Source: Deltaproteobacteria bacterium (lineage in GTDB: Bacteria; Desulfobacterota; Dissulfuribacteria; Dissulfuribacterales; UBA3076). Taken from it: a stretch of 53,926 nucleotides of DNA. Below the pieces are notes generated by a model. That model had not been told where the DNA came from and ran no database searches. It saw only the letters and a list, made by a program, of their open reading frames with translations. The stretch spans positions 1-53,926 of the forward strand of contig JAJSZR010000003.1 of the NCBI GenBank assembly GCA_030262715.1, in the 5' to 3' direction. The stretch's first letter is position 1; the number at the start of each line of letters is the position of its first letter. Below are positions 35,000 through 44,405 of this stretch, in pieces. The translations under genes were made by a program, and so were the position numbers.

Positions 35000-35779
35000 T
35001 TATAGCCGTTTATAAACAGACTGTGGTATATGGTATTTCCTCTTGTTTAACACACCGCCTAAAATCCTGGCCCCTGCTGCTTTTAGCTTTTCTTTGGCTC
35101 CTTCAGCTACTTCCCATCTTGTCTTCTCTGCCTCCACCACAGAAATCACCCCATCCACCTTAGAACACAGACTTATGGAATCCGAGTATAAGGTAACCGG
35201 AGGGGCGTCTAAGATTACAAAATCAAAACGCTCTTTTAACTGATCAAGGAGTGGCTTCAGCTCCGAGGAATCAAGAATGCTGGCAGAATTGCCATCATTC
35301 TTGCCACCGGTAACCACAAAGAGGTTCTCAATGTCGGTTTTCTTGATAGCTTGTTCTGTGTCACTATCTCCACGTATTATATCTGATAGGCCATTTTTGT
35401 TATCCAGACCAAAAGCTTGATGTAAAGACGAGGATCTTAGATTGCCATCAATCAAAAGTACCTTTATTTTGTCATCACTGGCCAGTGCCCTTGCCAAATT
35501 AACTGCTGTGGTGGTGCAGCCTTCGTTTTCGCTTGAGCTCACAAGCATTATAACTTTATGTTTAAGATCAGGATACCGGTTGAGTAGGCTAGTTTTAAGT
35601 TGCTGATACTGCTCAAAGGATGTAGGCAGAAGGACTTGTTTTTTCTTAGTATCAATTAAGGTTACAGGGTCCTCAGGGTGTGTATCCGTATCCCTTTCTT
35701 TCAATTGAGGTGGAGCCATCGCCTTTTGGGAATCTTTTTCCCTTTTGGCCTGCTCAATGGCTTCAAAGGTCTTTCCCAT
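35000..35779 (-). CDS. BY-kinase-like P-loop protein (CpsD/CapB/EpsG-type) with atypical Walker A
   Basis: It has Walker A' 'KVLLIDGNLR' and Walker B 'FDFVILDAPP'. The Walker A position reads 'SSSENEGCTTTAVNLA', that is G-C-T-T instead of G-K-S/T. Confidence 0.7.
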   Translation of the reverse strand: MGKTFEAIEQAKREKDSQKAMAPPQLKERDTDTHPEDPVTLIDTKKKQVLLPTSFEQYQQLKTSLLNRYPDLKHKVIMLVSSSENEGCTTTAVNLARALASDDKIKVLLIDGNLRSSSLHQAFGLDNKNGLSDIIRGDSDTEQAIKKTDIENLFVVTGGKNDGNSASILDSSELKPLLDQLKERFDFVILDAPPVTLYSDSISLCSKVDGVISVVEAEKTRWEVAEGAKEKLKAAGARILGGVLNKRKYHIPQSVYKRL

Positions 35780-37367
35780 AAAATCCTCCTAATCTTGCTT
35801 CTATTTCCTCTGATGGAGACTGGACAGCAAAATAATCCTCATAAGTATTAAATTCTGACGCAATTTTTATTCCTGTCTCTAATGCCTCCTTTCGCATGGC
35901 ATAAAACCCTACCCTCACCCCATACCAGGTTTCTCCGTCAAGGGTCCCTACAATTAGATATGCTGGAAGGCCTTTATGTTTCAACTGGTCTATGAGGTGC
36001 TTGGCGCATGTAAGGGATCTGATGGAATATACCTGGACCGCCCATGAATGTGAGCTGTCAAGCCCAACACCTCCCTCTCTTAGTTGCTGAATGAGGGACT
36101 CCTCCTTTTTCTCTGCGGGAAGGATTAAAGAGAATTCTTTTGTGTTTTCTTGTGCTTTCTGCTCAATGAGTTTTTTTTCCACCGTTTCCGAAGATTCTTC
36201 TTCTACTGGCGGGACTATGGTAACCTGAATCCTCTTCTTTGATTTCTGGGTAATGGGTTCTTGTTCTTCTGCTTCCAGAGGCCTTTCTTCTCCCGGAATA
36301 ACTGTAGTCTCCCGGGAGTTTTCTCTTACCTTATTTTTAGAAGCTGAAGCCAACATCCCCATCTTAGCTGTGGGTTCCTCAAACCTTGAAAAGTGAGCGC
36401 CAATTCTAGAGTCTCTTTGTATCAAAAAGATCGTAATTGTAAGAAGCATGAGTACACATAATAATATGCCCCCTATCTGTAAGCCTTTTTTCAATGGCCA
36501 AATGTTGGGATAATCAGCAATAGGATGTTCTGCAGCAGGAATCTTTTTTTCAATGGGTTGCTCGATTTTCAGATCAGCCAAGACCTCTTTTATGATTGAT
36601 TCATCAATCTTCCTTTTGTTTAGCCCATAGGCTGTAAGTAAGGAATTATCGCAGAGGATATTGACCATACGTGGAATCCCCTTTGAGTAATGACAGATCA
36701 AATCAAGTGTTCTTTCAGAAAAGAGCTTGAGGTGTCCTTTATATCCCGCCACTTTTAAACGGTGTTCGATATAACTTCGAACCTCCAGGTCACTGAGAGG
36801 TTCAATTTCTCGGCGGATGCTTATGCGCTGCCTGAGTTGCCGTAATTCTGGCCGGTTGAGTTTATTGGATAGCTCCGGCTGCCCTGCAAGGATAATTTGA
36901 AAGAGTTTTTCCTGCGGACTCTCTAAGTTTGAAAGGAGACGCAATTGTTCCAGGACTTCAGGACTCATATTTTGTGCTTCATCAAAAATTAAGGCAACGT
37001 TTCCACCTCTTCGAAATTTATCAATTACAAAGTTGTGAAATTGTAAATATAACTCAAGTTTACTCTTTCCTTCTATATCAATCTCAAATTCCATGAGAAT
37101 ATTTCTAAGCAGATCGGAAAGGGTGCCGCTGGGATAAAAGATGAAAGCAGTTTCAGTTTTGTTATCCAAATTACTGAGAAGTGAATGGATTAAGGTAGTC
37201 TTTCCAGACCCCACCTCTCCCATTATGGCTATAAACCCACGGCGTTGTTCAATGCCATAAGCCATGGATGTCAAGGCCTCCCTATGGCTTTGGCTCAGGT
37301 AAAGAAACTTAGGGTCAGGACTGGGGTTAAATGGAGGCCCTTTAAATCCAAAAAATTTGGTGTACAA
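35763..37367 (-). CDS. ExeA-like AAA ATPase (EPS/PEP-CTERM-locus secretion ATPase type) + TM segment + C-terminal SPOR domain
   Basis: 'FFGFKGPPFNPSPDPKFLYLSQSHREAL...IMGEVGSGKTTL' is the ExeA/GspA-type N-terminus. The TM segment is 'IGGILLCVLMLLTITIFLI'. The C-terminal 'WAVQVYSIRSLTCAKHLIDQLKHKGLPAYLIV...WYGVRVGFY' is SPOR-like. Confidence 0.75.
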   Translation of the reverse strand: MYTKFFGFKGPPFNPSPDPKFLYLSQSHREALTSMAYGIEQRRGFIAIMGEVGSGKTTLIHSLLSNLDNKTETAFIFYPSGTLSDLLRNILMEFEIDIEGKSKLELYLQFHNFVIDKFRRGGNVALIFDEAQNMSPEVLEQLRLLSNLESPQEKLFQIILAGQPELSNKLNRPELRQLRQRISIRREIEPLSDLEVRSYIEHRLKVAGYKGHLKLFSERTLDLICHYSKGIPRMVNILCDNSLLTAYGLNKRKIDESIIKEVLADLKIEQPIEKKIPAAEHPIADYPNIWPLKKGLQIGGILLCVLMLLTITIFLIQRDSRIGAHFSRFEEPTAKMGMLASASKNKVRENSRETTVIPGEERPLEAEEQEPITQKSKKRIQVTIVPPVEEESSETVEKKLIEQKAQENTKEFSLILPAEKKEESLIQQLREGGVGLDSSHSWAVQVYSIRSLTCAKHLIDQLKHKGLPAYLIVGTLDGETWYGVRVGFYAMRKEALETGIKIASEFNTYEDYFAVQSPSEEIEARLGGFYGKDL

Positions 37368-37384
37368 GGGTTTTATAACCTCAT

Positions 37385-38812
37385 TTAGTGCAAAGGTTTG
37401 AATTCCGGTATTGATGCCAGTAGCGGCATATCCAGTTTTTCCTCAAAATCAGTTCCGGTTGTAAAGGAGTGATCCATGAATTCTGAAAAGAAAGCCAGGC
37501 CCAAACTACCTGCTGTACCCAGGATGATAGCTAGGATGATATTCAGCAACTTCTTGGGCTTAACCGGCTTGAGTGGCACCAAGGCTGCCTGGATGACACT
37601 CACATTGGCTATTTTTTCCATATCCATGGTATCTGATATGCGGCTTTCCTCAAGCTTGGTAAGATAAAGCTGATAATTCTTCTCGTCTGTATCGCGCTGG
37701 CGCTTAAAGCGCCTGAGTTGTACCTCAAGGTCATTGAGTTTATTGAGTTCTTTTTGATATCCAGCCAGATGAGTCCTCTGGCTCGCTTCTCTGATCTTTA
37801 GGTCTTTAAGGTCTGCCTGATAGATTTTTAACTCCTCTTTTGCCAAGGTTTTCTTTACCTTGCCAATCTCCATACGCTTATTTTGCACTGTTCGGCTTTG
37901 TTCTCTATATTTGGTGAGGAATTGCTGCTCAGTGCTTTGTAGTTCGATCAGTTTTTCCCTTAAAGAAGCGATGACTTGGGGATTGCGGTCCATTTCCATG
38001 CCAATGGTAATCTCCAGCGGATTTCCAGCAAGCTGTGTTTTGATCTCATTGATTTTGTTTTGAGTTTCATGGATCTGCCTTTGGGTTTTTTCAAGAGCTG
38101 CCTGAAGTTCTGATATTTGCTCCAAGATAAGTGTTTTTTGTTGATCTAAGGAACTAATGCGGTGCTTGTCTTTAAATTTCTCTAGGGCCTTTTCTGAGCT
38201 TTTCAGCTTTTTTTCTGCAAGGGTAACCTGCTCTTTAAAGAACCCATATCCTCCCTGATTCTTGTGAACCTCTAAATGCCGATCTAGATAAAAGTTGACC
38301 AGGGTGTTAACCACATTGGCTGCTATATAAGGGTCATGGTGTTGAAATTTGACATGGATAACATCGGATTTTTTTACTGCTTCAATTTTAAGTTTTTTTT
38401 GGGCCTTAAGCACTGCTTTATCAAAAGGAGTGAGCGTCTCCTTTTTATGACCTGATTTGCTCTTTTTAAACAGCTTTGGATAAATAGTTTTAACTCCCAA
38501 GGCCTTGACAGTTTTTTCAATGAGATTTCGGCTTTTCAAGATCTCGATTTCGGAGTTTATTTCTTCCTGGCGATTGAGGTTCACTATAGGACTGACATGT
38601 TCAGTGGCAGGGATATAGATGTTTTCACGGCCAGACTTGATCAGGATATTGGAGCTTGCTTCATAGGTGGGCTTGATTATAAATGAGGCTACTGTCACTG
38701 TGATCACTGTGCTCAAAAATACAGTAAGGATTTTTGTCTTGTGTTTAAAGACCACGTATAAAAAATCCCTCAGTGATGTGGCTTTATTGCTTTCAGCCAT
38801 AGAGCCCTCCAT
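37385..38812 (-). CDS. polysaccharide chain-length determinant (Wzz/GumC-type polysaccharide co-polymerase)
   Basis: It has an N-terminal TM helix, then 'YEASSNILIK', a long coiled-coil periplasmic region, and a C-terminal TM helix ('LLNIILAIILGTAGSLGLAFF'). Confidence 0.75.
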   Translation of the reverse strand: MEGSMAESNKATSLRDFLYVVFKHKTKILTVFLSTVITVTVASFIIKPTYEASSNILIKSGRENIYIPATEHVSPIVNLNRQEEINSEIEILKSRNLIEKTVKALGVKTIYPKLFKKSKSGHKKETLTPFDKAVLKAQKKLKIEAVKKSDVIHVKFQHHDPYIAANVVNTLVNFYLDRHLEVHKNQGGYGFFKEQVTLAEKKLKSSEKALEKFKDKHRISSLDQQKTLILEQISELQAALEKTQRQIHETQNKINEIKTQLAGNPLEITIGMEMDRNPQVIASLREKLIELQSTEQQFLTKYREQSRTVQNKRMEIGKVKKTLAKEELKIYQADLKDLKIREASQRTHLAGYQKELNKLNDLEVQLRRFKRQRDTDEKNYQLYLTKLEESRISDTMDMEKIANVSVIQAALVPLKPVKPKKLLNIILAIILGTAGSLGLAFFSEFMDHSFTTGTDFEEKLDMPLLASIPEFKPLH

Positions 38813-38824
38813 GGAAATTAAAGA

Positions 38825-39583
38825 TTAATAAGAACCCCAATAATAGCCTACGTTGAAGGGAATAGGAATCATGTTTCGGACATATTTCCTTACCCATTCA
38901 TTGACGTTATCAATTTTAGACTTTGGTATATAAACGATATCAAAGGGCTGAAGACTGATATCCTTCTCCTGGCCTGCCAGCAATCTCTCTAAATTGATTT
39001 TGTATGGAACCGGTTCGTAATCGGACCCTCGATGAATAACTATGATTTCCGTCTTTTTGGCACTTCTTGTTAAACCCCCGGCATCGATTATGGATTGCAT
39101 TACGGTTAGTTCACCTGTTAAAGTGAGGGTCTTTGGAAATTTGACTTCACCTCCCACATAAACTTTTTGTCCACCAAAGGACCGGACAATAACTGCAACC
39201 TCAGGATTTTTTAGCTCTTCTCCATATCTCTCTGTAATTATTTTGTCTAGCTCAGCCGGTGTAAGTCCGGCTATTTTCATTTCCTCCACCAGTTGTAAGG
39301 ATATCTTTCCATCAGGGCGAATGGTCACTGTCTCATTCAGCTCCGGGTCATAAAAGAATTTTATGTCTATTTGATCTCCAGGCTGTAAGTAGTAATTACG
39401 TTCCGGGCTACTTATTATCTGGATCTGTGAAGATTCATCTGGCTTAATGACTGGTGCATTTAAGGCGCAACCCAGTATATTAGCTGCCAACAATGCAAAG
39501 ATTACAAAAATCATAGGAATCTTATTTGCGACAAAAACCTCTTTAAAAGATACCTGAAGCGTCATTATCTCATACCCTTTCAA
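38825..39583 (-). CDS. polysaccharide export lipoprotein (Wza-like: Poly_export + SLBB domains)
   Basis: The lipobox is 'LLAANILGC'. 'YYLQPGDQIDIKFFYDPELNETVTIRPDGKISL' is the Poly_export motif. The ORF-track start at 39583 is a TTG. The ATG at 39565 ('MTLQVSF...') is a more likely start. Confidence 0.8.
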   Translation of the reverse strand: MKGYEIMTLQVSFKEVFVANKIPMIFVIFALLAANILGCALNAPVIKPDESSQIQIISSPERNYYLQPGDQIDIKFFYDPELNETVTIRPDGKISLQLVEEMKIAGLTPAELDKIITERYGEELKNPEVAVIVRSFGGQKVYVGGEVKFPKTLTLTGELTVMQSIIDAGGLTRSAKKTEIIVIHRGSDYEPVPYKINLERLLAGQEKDISLQPFDIVYIPKSKIDNVNEWVRKYVRNMIPIPFNVGYYWGSY

Positions 39584-39584
39584 T

Positions 39585-39645
39585 TTCAGCTTTCAGCTTT
39601 GAGATTATTGAGTTGTTTTGAGCTTTGAACATTGAACTTTCAGCT
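39585..39645. repeat. 7-bp-periodic low-complexity tract (TTTCAGC TTTCAGC TTTGAGA TTATTGA ... TGAACAT TGAACTT TCAGC), solo arm-like
   Basis: Read directly. It sits at the edge of the 331-bp intergenic region where the AT-rich EPS island meets the higher-GC cassette. I found no complementary partner nearby. Confidence 0.55.
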
Positions 39646-39914
39646 AGTCAAATACCACCACAGATGAATCTATCCGAGATTTTCGAATCAGTTACCCCTT
39701 TTTTGCTAATAAGGGAAAAAAATTTGGGATTTGCTACATTATCGGAAAAAACTGAGAAATCCTGAAGTGAATCGGTACTTAAAGCTATGGCCCTCATGCT
39801 TGAAGGGCACGAATCGGAAACTTCCAAGAGTCTATACACAAAGTTCGTCAGCTCCCTGGAATTTCAACCCTGGACCGTTACCCAAAGACCGCAAAAGGAT
39901 TTCTTGCAGTGTAA

Positions 39915-41309
39915 TCATATATGGATTTGAAAAATATTCTTGGAAAACTGATTAGCCTTCACATCCTCAAATCTGTCCAGGTTCCGAAAGAAGCGATTGA
40001 TTCGAGACCTGACTTCATCAACGGATACGCCAGGAAAGCGCTGGCTCAAGTAATCAGGATTGTTGCGGTGTCCGGAGAGCTTTGATTTGATATAGCGTTT
40101 TTTATAACTGCGAATATTCGCCTTGATCCAGCCTTTCAGATATGACCTCAACCCAGGCCATGGCAGCCCGGACAGACTTGCTTCACGCTGTTCAATCACG
40201 TCGATGATCCGATCGCAGGCTAAAGGACCGTCCAGTGCCGATATATAGTAATTGATAAGCTGCCGTCGTTCAACCGTATCGGGAGGGCCGAGTTTGCGGC
40301 TCAGTATCCTTTCGAGGGTTTGACAAAGCTCTTCAAAATCGAAGCATTCATAACTCAGCGAATTGGGCAGGCCTAAATCGTAAATTTTGGCGGTTACCGG
40401 CCGATAAGCAATTGCGGGCAACTTGACAATGAAGGCCTCGATTCCTGTTGTACACCCGTTGTGAATGACCGCCTTGGCCGCTTTCAGCCAGGCGAGAACA
40501 TTGCCCTGGTAGATGACCTTGACGTTGTTGTGCGGCTCGGCAAGCTGATGCCACACATTATGATTTTCCACCGGATGGGGCCGAATTACAATGGTATGGT
40601 CCGGGAAGGCTTTACTCAGTAATGGGATAAGCCGTTTAAAATGCTCGAATATGGCCTGCTTGTGGTTTGCCCAACCCTCCGCAAATTCCGGGGTCAATCC
40701 CCTCGCGGCTGTACCGGCCTGAGTCGGGGCATCGGGCTTGGCTCCCGGGTTGCACAGATTCAGGCTAGGGAGAAAGCCGTTCACCATACTGAAGTTTGTG
40801 TTGATCAAAATGAACTCACCGAACCGTTTGCGAATCGATTCTGCCTCAGGTTCGTAAAAGGGAAGAACTTCAGGGCGCATCATATCTCCACGTGGGTTTC
40901 CGGTGATGTAGATCGGCGTATCTAAATACGCTGGATATTCCTTGAACAGCTCATAGTTTTCTTGACCCCAGGCAAGCAACGCACTCACCTGCTCTAGCGT
41001 CCTGGGATCAAGCCGGCGCCCGTAATACTGTTCCTTGGAATGGTGGACGAGGGCTTCCTCATCCCATACGATAATATCGTGGCCGAGGCTTTTTAAGATG
41101 CCGAACATCTTGATACTTCGCGCCGTCATACTCTTGCCTAAATATATGGATCTGGGAAAAGAGGCAATACGGAGCCCCACTTCTGTTTTCGAACCCAGAA
41201 ATACAGTAAACCCGCGTTCGGCGGCAACACAGGCAAGCAGAAGTTTCGGATCCAGTTCCCTCACCTGGCTTTCCATGGGAATGATCAGCGGTGTTCTTTT
41301 TTCCGTCAT
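39915..41309 (-). CDS. putative surface-carbohydrate biosynthesis protein (candidate nonulosonic-acid transferase), paralogue A
   Basis: 464-aa soluble protein. It is a paralogue of 45507..46874 (46 of the first 86 aligned residues identical by hand count). Shared blocks are 'LIIP.E.QVRE.D.KLLL', 'LGH.I..WDEE', 'ITGNPR.D.MRPE', 'NTNFS.VN', 'RPHP.EN' and 'NGCTT..EA'. It resembles a family I know only by the generic name 'surface carbohydrate biosynthesis protein'. Confidence 0.5.
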   Translation of the reverse strand: MTEKRTPLIIPMESQVRELDPKLLLACVAAERGFTVFLGSKTEVGLRIASFPRSIYLGKSMTARSIKMFGILKSLGHDIIVWDEEALVHHSKEQYYGRRLDPRTLEQVSALLAWGQENYELFKEYPAYLDTPIYITGNPRGDMMRPEVLPFYEPEAESIRKRFGEFILINTNFSMVNGFLPSLNLCNPGAKPDAPTQAGTAARGLTPEFAEGWANHKQAIFEHFKRLIPLLSKAFPDHTIVIRPHPVENHNVWHQLAEPHNNVKVIYQGNVLAWLKAAKAVIHNGCTTGIEAFIVKLPAIAYRPVTAKIYDLGLPNSLSYECFDFEELCQTLERILSRKLGPPDTVERRQLINYYISALDGPLACDRIIDVIEQREASLSGLPWPGLRSYLKGWIKANIRSYKKRYIKSKLSGHRNNPDYLSQRFPGVSVDEVRSRINRFFRNLDRFEDVKANQFSKNIFQIHI

Positions 41310-41406
41310 ATTCTTGATTTGCCTCCGGTCATACCATCAACCTGGCAACCAGGGATGGCCGTGGGTCCAAAAATGGGAGGTCCAAGAGGTCTGATCAAAT
41401 GCACCC

Positions 41407-42138
41407 TTAAACCTTGGATGGTTGCTGACTCGAATTGCCACCCTGCTTAATAACAAATTCAGCCAGTCTTAGATCAAACTCAGTATCAATGTTTGCCATG
41501 ATTTTATTGATTAAAATAAATGATGTCTTATCACCTTTGATGCTTTTTTTATTGATGATACAATCCCGGGTAATGGCGTATGCCACGCCGTTTTTGTGGT
41601 ACACCGGCGTAAGCTGCTGTCTGGCAATTATGTTCGCTCCGGCTGGGTCATAATAATCCAGGTTGTCCTTTCGAATTACAAGCTGTTTCAGGGGATGCGC
41701 CTTGGCGTCTGTCTCGCTGACGGTCCATACGGCATCAAAACCCCCTTTGGTGAGTTTCTCTATGGATGCCGTCACATGGTCTGGTTGACGCAAGGGAGAA
41801 GTCGGCTGCAGCATTACTATGACATCATACTGTCTTCCATCGATTTGTTCGCATTCCAGCAAGGCATGATTGAGCACCTCCCAGTCACCCACAAAATCCC
41901 CAGACAAAGCATTTGGCCGCATAAAGGGCACGTCCAGGCCGTTTTCCTTTGCTATTTGAGCTATTTTTTCATGATCCGTCGAAACGACCGCCCTGTCCAC
42001 ATACGGTAACTGTTTTACCACACGTCCGACAAGGGCAACGAGGGGAACACCGTTCAGTTTGCGGATGTTTTTCAGTTTCATGCCCTTGCTCCCACCGCGT
42101 GCGGGTACTACCACCAGTATGGTCTTGCTTTCAAGCAC
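41407..42138 (-). CDS. neuA: acylneuraminate (nonulosonic acid) cytidylyltransferase, CMP-sugar synthetase
   Basis: 'ILVVVPARGGSKGMKLKNIRKLNGVPLV', 'VSTD' and 'VMLQPTSPLR' are canonical CTP_transf_3 blocks. Confidence 0.85.
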   Translation of the reverse strand: MLESKTILVVVPARGGSKGMKLKNIRKLNGVPLVALVGRVVKQLPYVDRAVVSTDHEKIAQIAKENGLDVPFMRPNALSGDFVGDWEVLNHALLECEQIDGRQYDVIVMLQPTSPLRQPDHVTASIEKLTKGGFDAVWTVSETDAKAHPLKQLVIRKDNLDYYDPAGANIIARQQLTPVYHKNGVAYAITRDCIINKKSIKGDKTSFILINKIMANIDTEFDLRLAEFVIKQGGNSSQQPSKV

Positions 42139-42191
42139 TGATTATCCTTTTGTCTAATTTGATATACTGTGACTGCCAAAGAAACCTGGCC

Positions 42192-42800
42192 TCACAGACC
42201 ATCCATGCCATTCCCGAGATCCTCGAATCGAAACTGTTCGTTAACAAAGAGAAAAGGGCATCCGTTTTTCATCGCTGATTCTCTATCGGATTCCCCATCT
42301 CCCACGACAAGCACCTGAGCGCTTTTCAACCCTTCTAATGCAATGATACGCCGGAGTGTCTCATGCTTTTCATTCGGCCACCCAAACACCCCGCGAAAAT
42401 AATTATCCCACCTTTTGAATCTAATGATCTCTTTCAGACTGGTGTCCGGTGTAGTGGAACTTACGTATAGTCCATATGCCGGCGAAAATTTTCTGAGCGC
42501 CTCTTCCGCTCCTGCCTTCTCCGGGCAGGTTTTTGCCCCTGCCACAACAATTTCGTTGTAAAACCCGGCCAGCTCTTTGACTTTTTCCCTTAAAAGCGCA
42601 TCTTTCCTGTAACCAAGTCTCAGAAGAATCTCTTTCAGGATGACGTAACGACTTTGTTCAAATATTTCAGAAAGGACCACACGAATGATTGTGGCATGGC
42701 GGTCATCTGCGGGGAACAGTTTAAAATAGGCATCGTATTTTAACTGGTTTGAGTCAATAAGTGTTCCGTCAAAGTCAAAGACAATTACTTGTATTCCCAC
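42192..42800 (-). CDS. HAD-superfamily phosphatase
   Basis: HAD motif I is 'VIVFDFDGTLIDS', motif II is 'VSST' and motif IV is 'VGDGESD'. Confidence 0.75.
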   Translation of the reverse strand: MGIQVIVFDFDGTLIDSNQLKYDAYFKLFPADDRHATIIRVVLSEIFEQSRYVILKEILLRLGYRKDALLREKVKELAGFYNEIVVAGAKTCPEKAGAEEALRKFSPAYGLYVSSTTPDTSLKEIIRFKRWDNYFRGVFGWPNEKHETLRRIIALEGLKSAQVLVVGDGESDRESAMKNGCPFLFVNEQFRFEDLGNGMDGL

Positions 42801-42836
42801 ACAACCCTCATTATGAAACGTAGCTAAAAACTCACA

Positions 42837-44405
42837 TCAGGATGCCTGCTTTTCAATTACATTCCAGTTGGAGATGACTGTTTTCCTCGCCTCCCTGGGG
42901 AGTCTTGCTATCCTATCATCCTCATAGAAAGAGTCATTATCAAAGTGGGTTGTGCTCACTTCCTCAAAAATTGCGCCATCAAGGGTATGGAATTTATGCC
43001 ATTCACCAGGTTTTACTAGAATAGTATCCCCTATCTGCGGTTTGATCCTTTTTCCGTCCAGCTCTACCTCCAAATCCCCATATAGCAACTGGAATGTTTC
43101 TTCCTTTTTCTTATGAAAATGATAGGGATGTTTCTGTCTGGGGAGTTGGATGATTAGTTTTTTGCAATACTTGCGGTTGATACAGTTCATGATGACCGCT
43201 CCGAATTCCCTGAACCGCTCAAGACCATAGTGGTGGGACAACTCAATGGAGCTGTCTTTTCCGATATGTATCCTCGCCTTGTGGAGCATCCCTTTTACCT
43301 GAAGCATGATGCGGTAAATTATCTCTTCCGGGGGCAATGCAGTGTTGGCAACAGCCATATTTACAGGCTCGTGCGGAGAATAATCCTTGTCAGCCTCAAT
43401 CCCATCAAACCAGTCGCCACTTGTAAGCTGGCCGTCACTGAGCGGCATTGCAAAATAGACCTTGTCCCTGTTAAGCTTATCACCCTTTTTGATCTCCTTT
43501 TTTGCGAATACCCCCCGCATGAGTGAGCGTAAAGAGGCAATCTCTTCAGGAGAGGCAGGGCTGCGATGCTTTCCGCCACAGGCCGCCACGGCCTGTTTGT
43601 GCGCCTCAATCCATCGCGCGATTTGCTCAGGTCTGGAGGAATATCTGTTTAACTTATGTTCTTCTGTCTCCATTCCTACGTGCCTTTCGAACAGCCTCGC
43701 GCCCTTTCCGTAAGCAATTTGAATGGCCGCATAGTTGTCAGGTTCCTCATGGGTGGAGAACCCTATGGGCACGTCCGGGAATCGCTCTTTCAGCACGTCG
43801 ATCTGATTCAGTCTCAGCTTGTCGTTCGGTGTGGGATAGATGGCCACACAATGCATCAAGGCAAAGTGCATATTTCTTGATTCGAGGAAACTCACCAGCC
43901 TGTCTATCTTGTCCATGCTCAACCCTGCCGTTGAGACAATGACGGGTTTGTTCACCTGGGTAATCCGTTCAATAAGGGGCCTGTCGCTTGCGGAACAACT
44001 GGCCACCTTGATAATTTCAATACCCAGATCAAGGATAACGTCCACGGATTCTTCGTCGAACGGGGTACATATGGTATGCATCCTATTCTTAGTGACGGCC
44101 TTAGTAAGTGTCTCGTATTGCTGTGCGGTCAAGGCCGTTTCCATGAATCTCGGGATATGTTTTACATCCTTTCTCTGTTTGTAATCCAGATGAATAAAGG
44201 TATCCAATTGCCTGAATTGGAACTTGAGAGCGGCACGGACGCCGGCCTTTCTGGTTACATTACCCATTGCATTAATGATGTTGAGGGCATGATTCATATC
44301 GCCCTGGTGGTTGTTGGCAAGATCGAGAATAAACAGATCGTTAAAATCAAAGTTGTGCATAAAATTTACCTCGTTTCCAGACAGGCGCTTATTAGGATAT
44401 CTCAA
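42837..44405 (-). CDS. NeuB-family nonulosonic acid (sialic-acid-type) synthase with SAF domain and an extra C-terminal cupin domain
   Basis: The NeuB TIM-barrel opening is 'LFILDLANNHQGDMNHA'. It also has 'IKVASCSASD' and 'GFSTHE'. The SAF-like segment is 'VFAKKEIKKGDKLNRDKVYF'. The C-terminal cupin is 'HPYHFHKKKEETFQLLYGDLEVELDGK...GDTILVKPGEWHKFHT'. The probable true start is the internal Met at 44360 ('MHNFDFNDLFIL'). Confidence 0.8.
   Translation of the reverse strand: MRYPNKRLSGNEVNFMHNFDFNDLFILDLANNHQGDMNHALNIINAMGNVTRKAGVRAALKFQFRQLDTFIHLDYKQRKDVKHIPRFMETALTAQQYETLTKAVTKNRMHTICTPFDEESVDVILDLGIEIIKVASCSASDRPLIERITQVNKPVIVSTAGLSMDKIDRLVSFLESRNMHFALMHCVAIYPTPNDKLRLNQIDVLKERFPDVPIGFSTHEEPDNYAAIQIAYGKGARLFERHVGMETEEHKLNRYSSRPEQIARWIEAHKQAVAACGGKHRSPASPEEIASLRSLMRGVFAKKEIKKGDKLNRDKVYFAMPLSDGQLTSGDWFDGIEADKDYSPHEPVNMAVANTALPPEEIIYRIMLQVKGMLHKARIHIGKDSSIELSHHYGLERFREFGAVIMNCINRKYCKKLIIQLPRQKHPYHFHKKKEETFQLLYGDLEVELDGKRIKPQIGDTILVKPGEWHKFHTLDGAIFEEVSTTHFDNDSFYEDDRIARLPREARKTVISNWNVIEKQAS

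Noticed and set aside
16493-39583. Calling the island an exosortase/PEP-CTERM system
   Set aside because: The gene content resembles such loci. However, no exosortase gene and no PEP-CTERM C-terminal sorting signal is present in any in-window secreted protein, so the name would be unsupported.
39648-39955. ORFs 39648..39839 (-) and 39731..39955 (+) in the 331-bp intergenic gap. I also considered whether the gap holds a third four-helix-bundle remnant or a sigma-54 promoter.
   Set aside because: There are no family motifs. I found no complementary arm for the heptamer tract, and no GG-N10-GC element with correct spacing on the minus strand. It is left as unexplained intergenic or promoter space.
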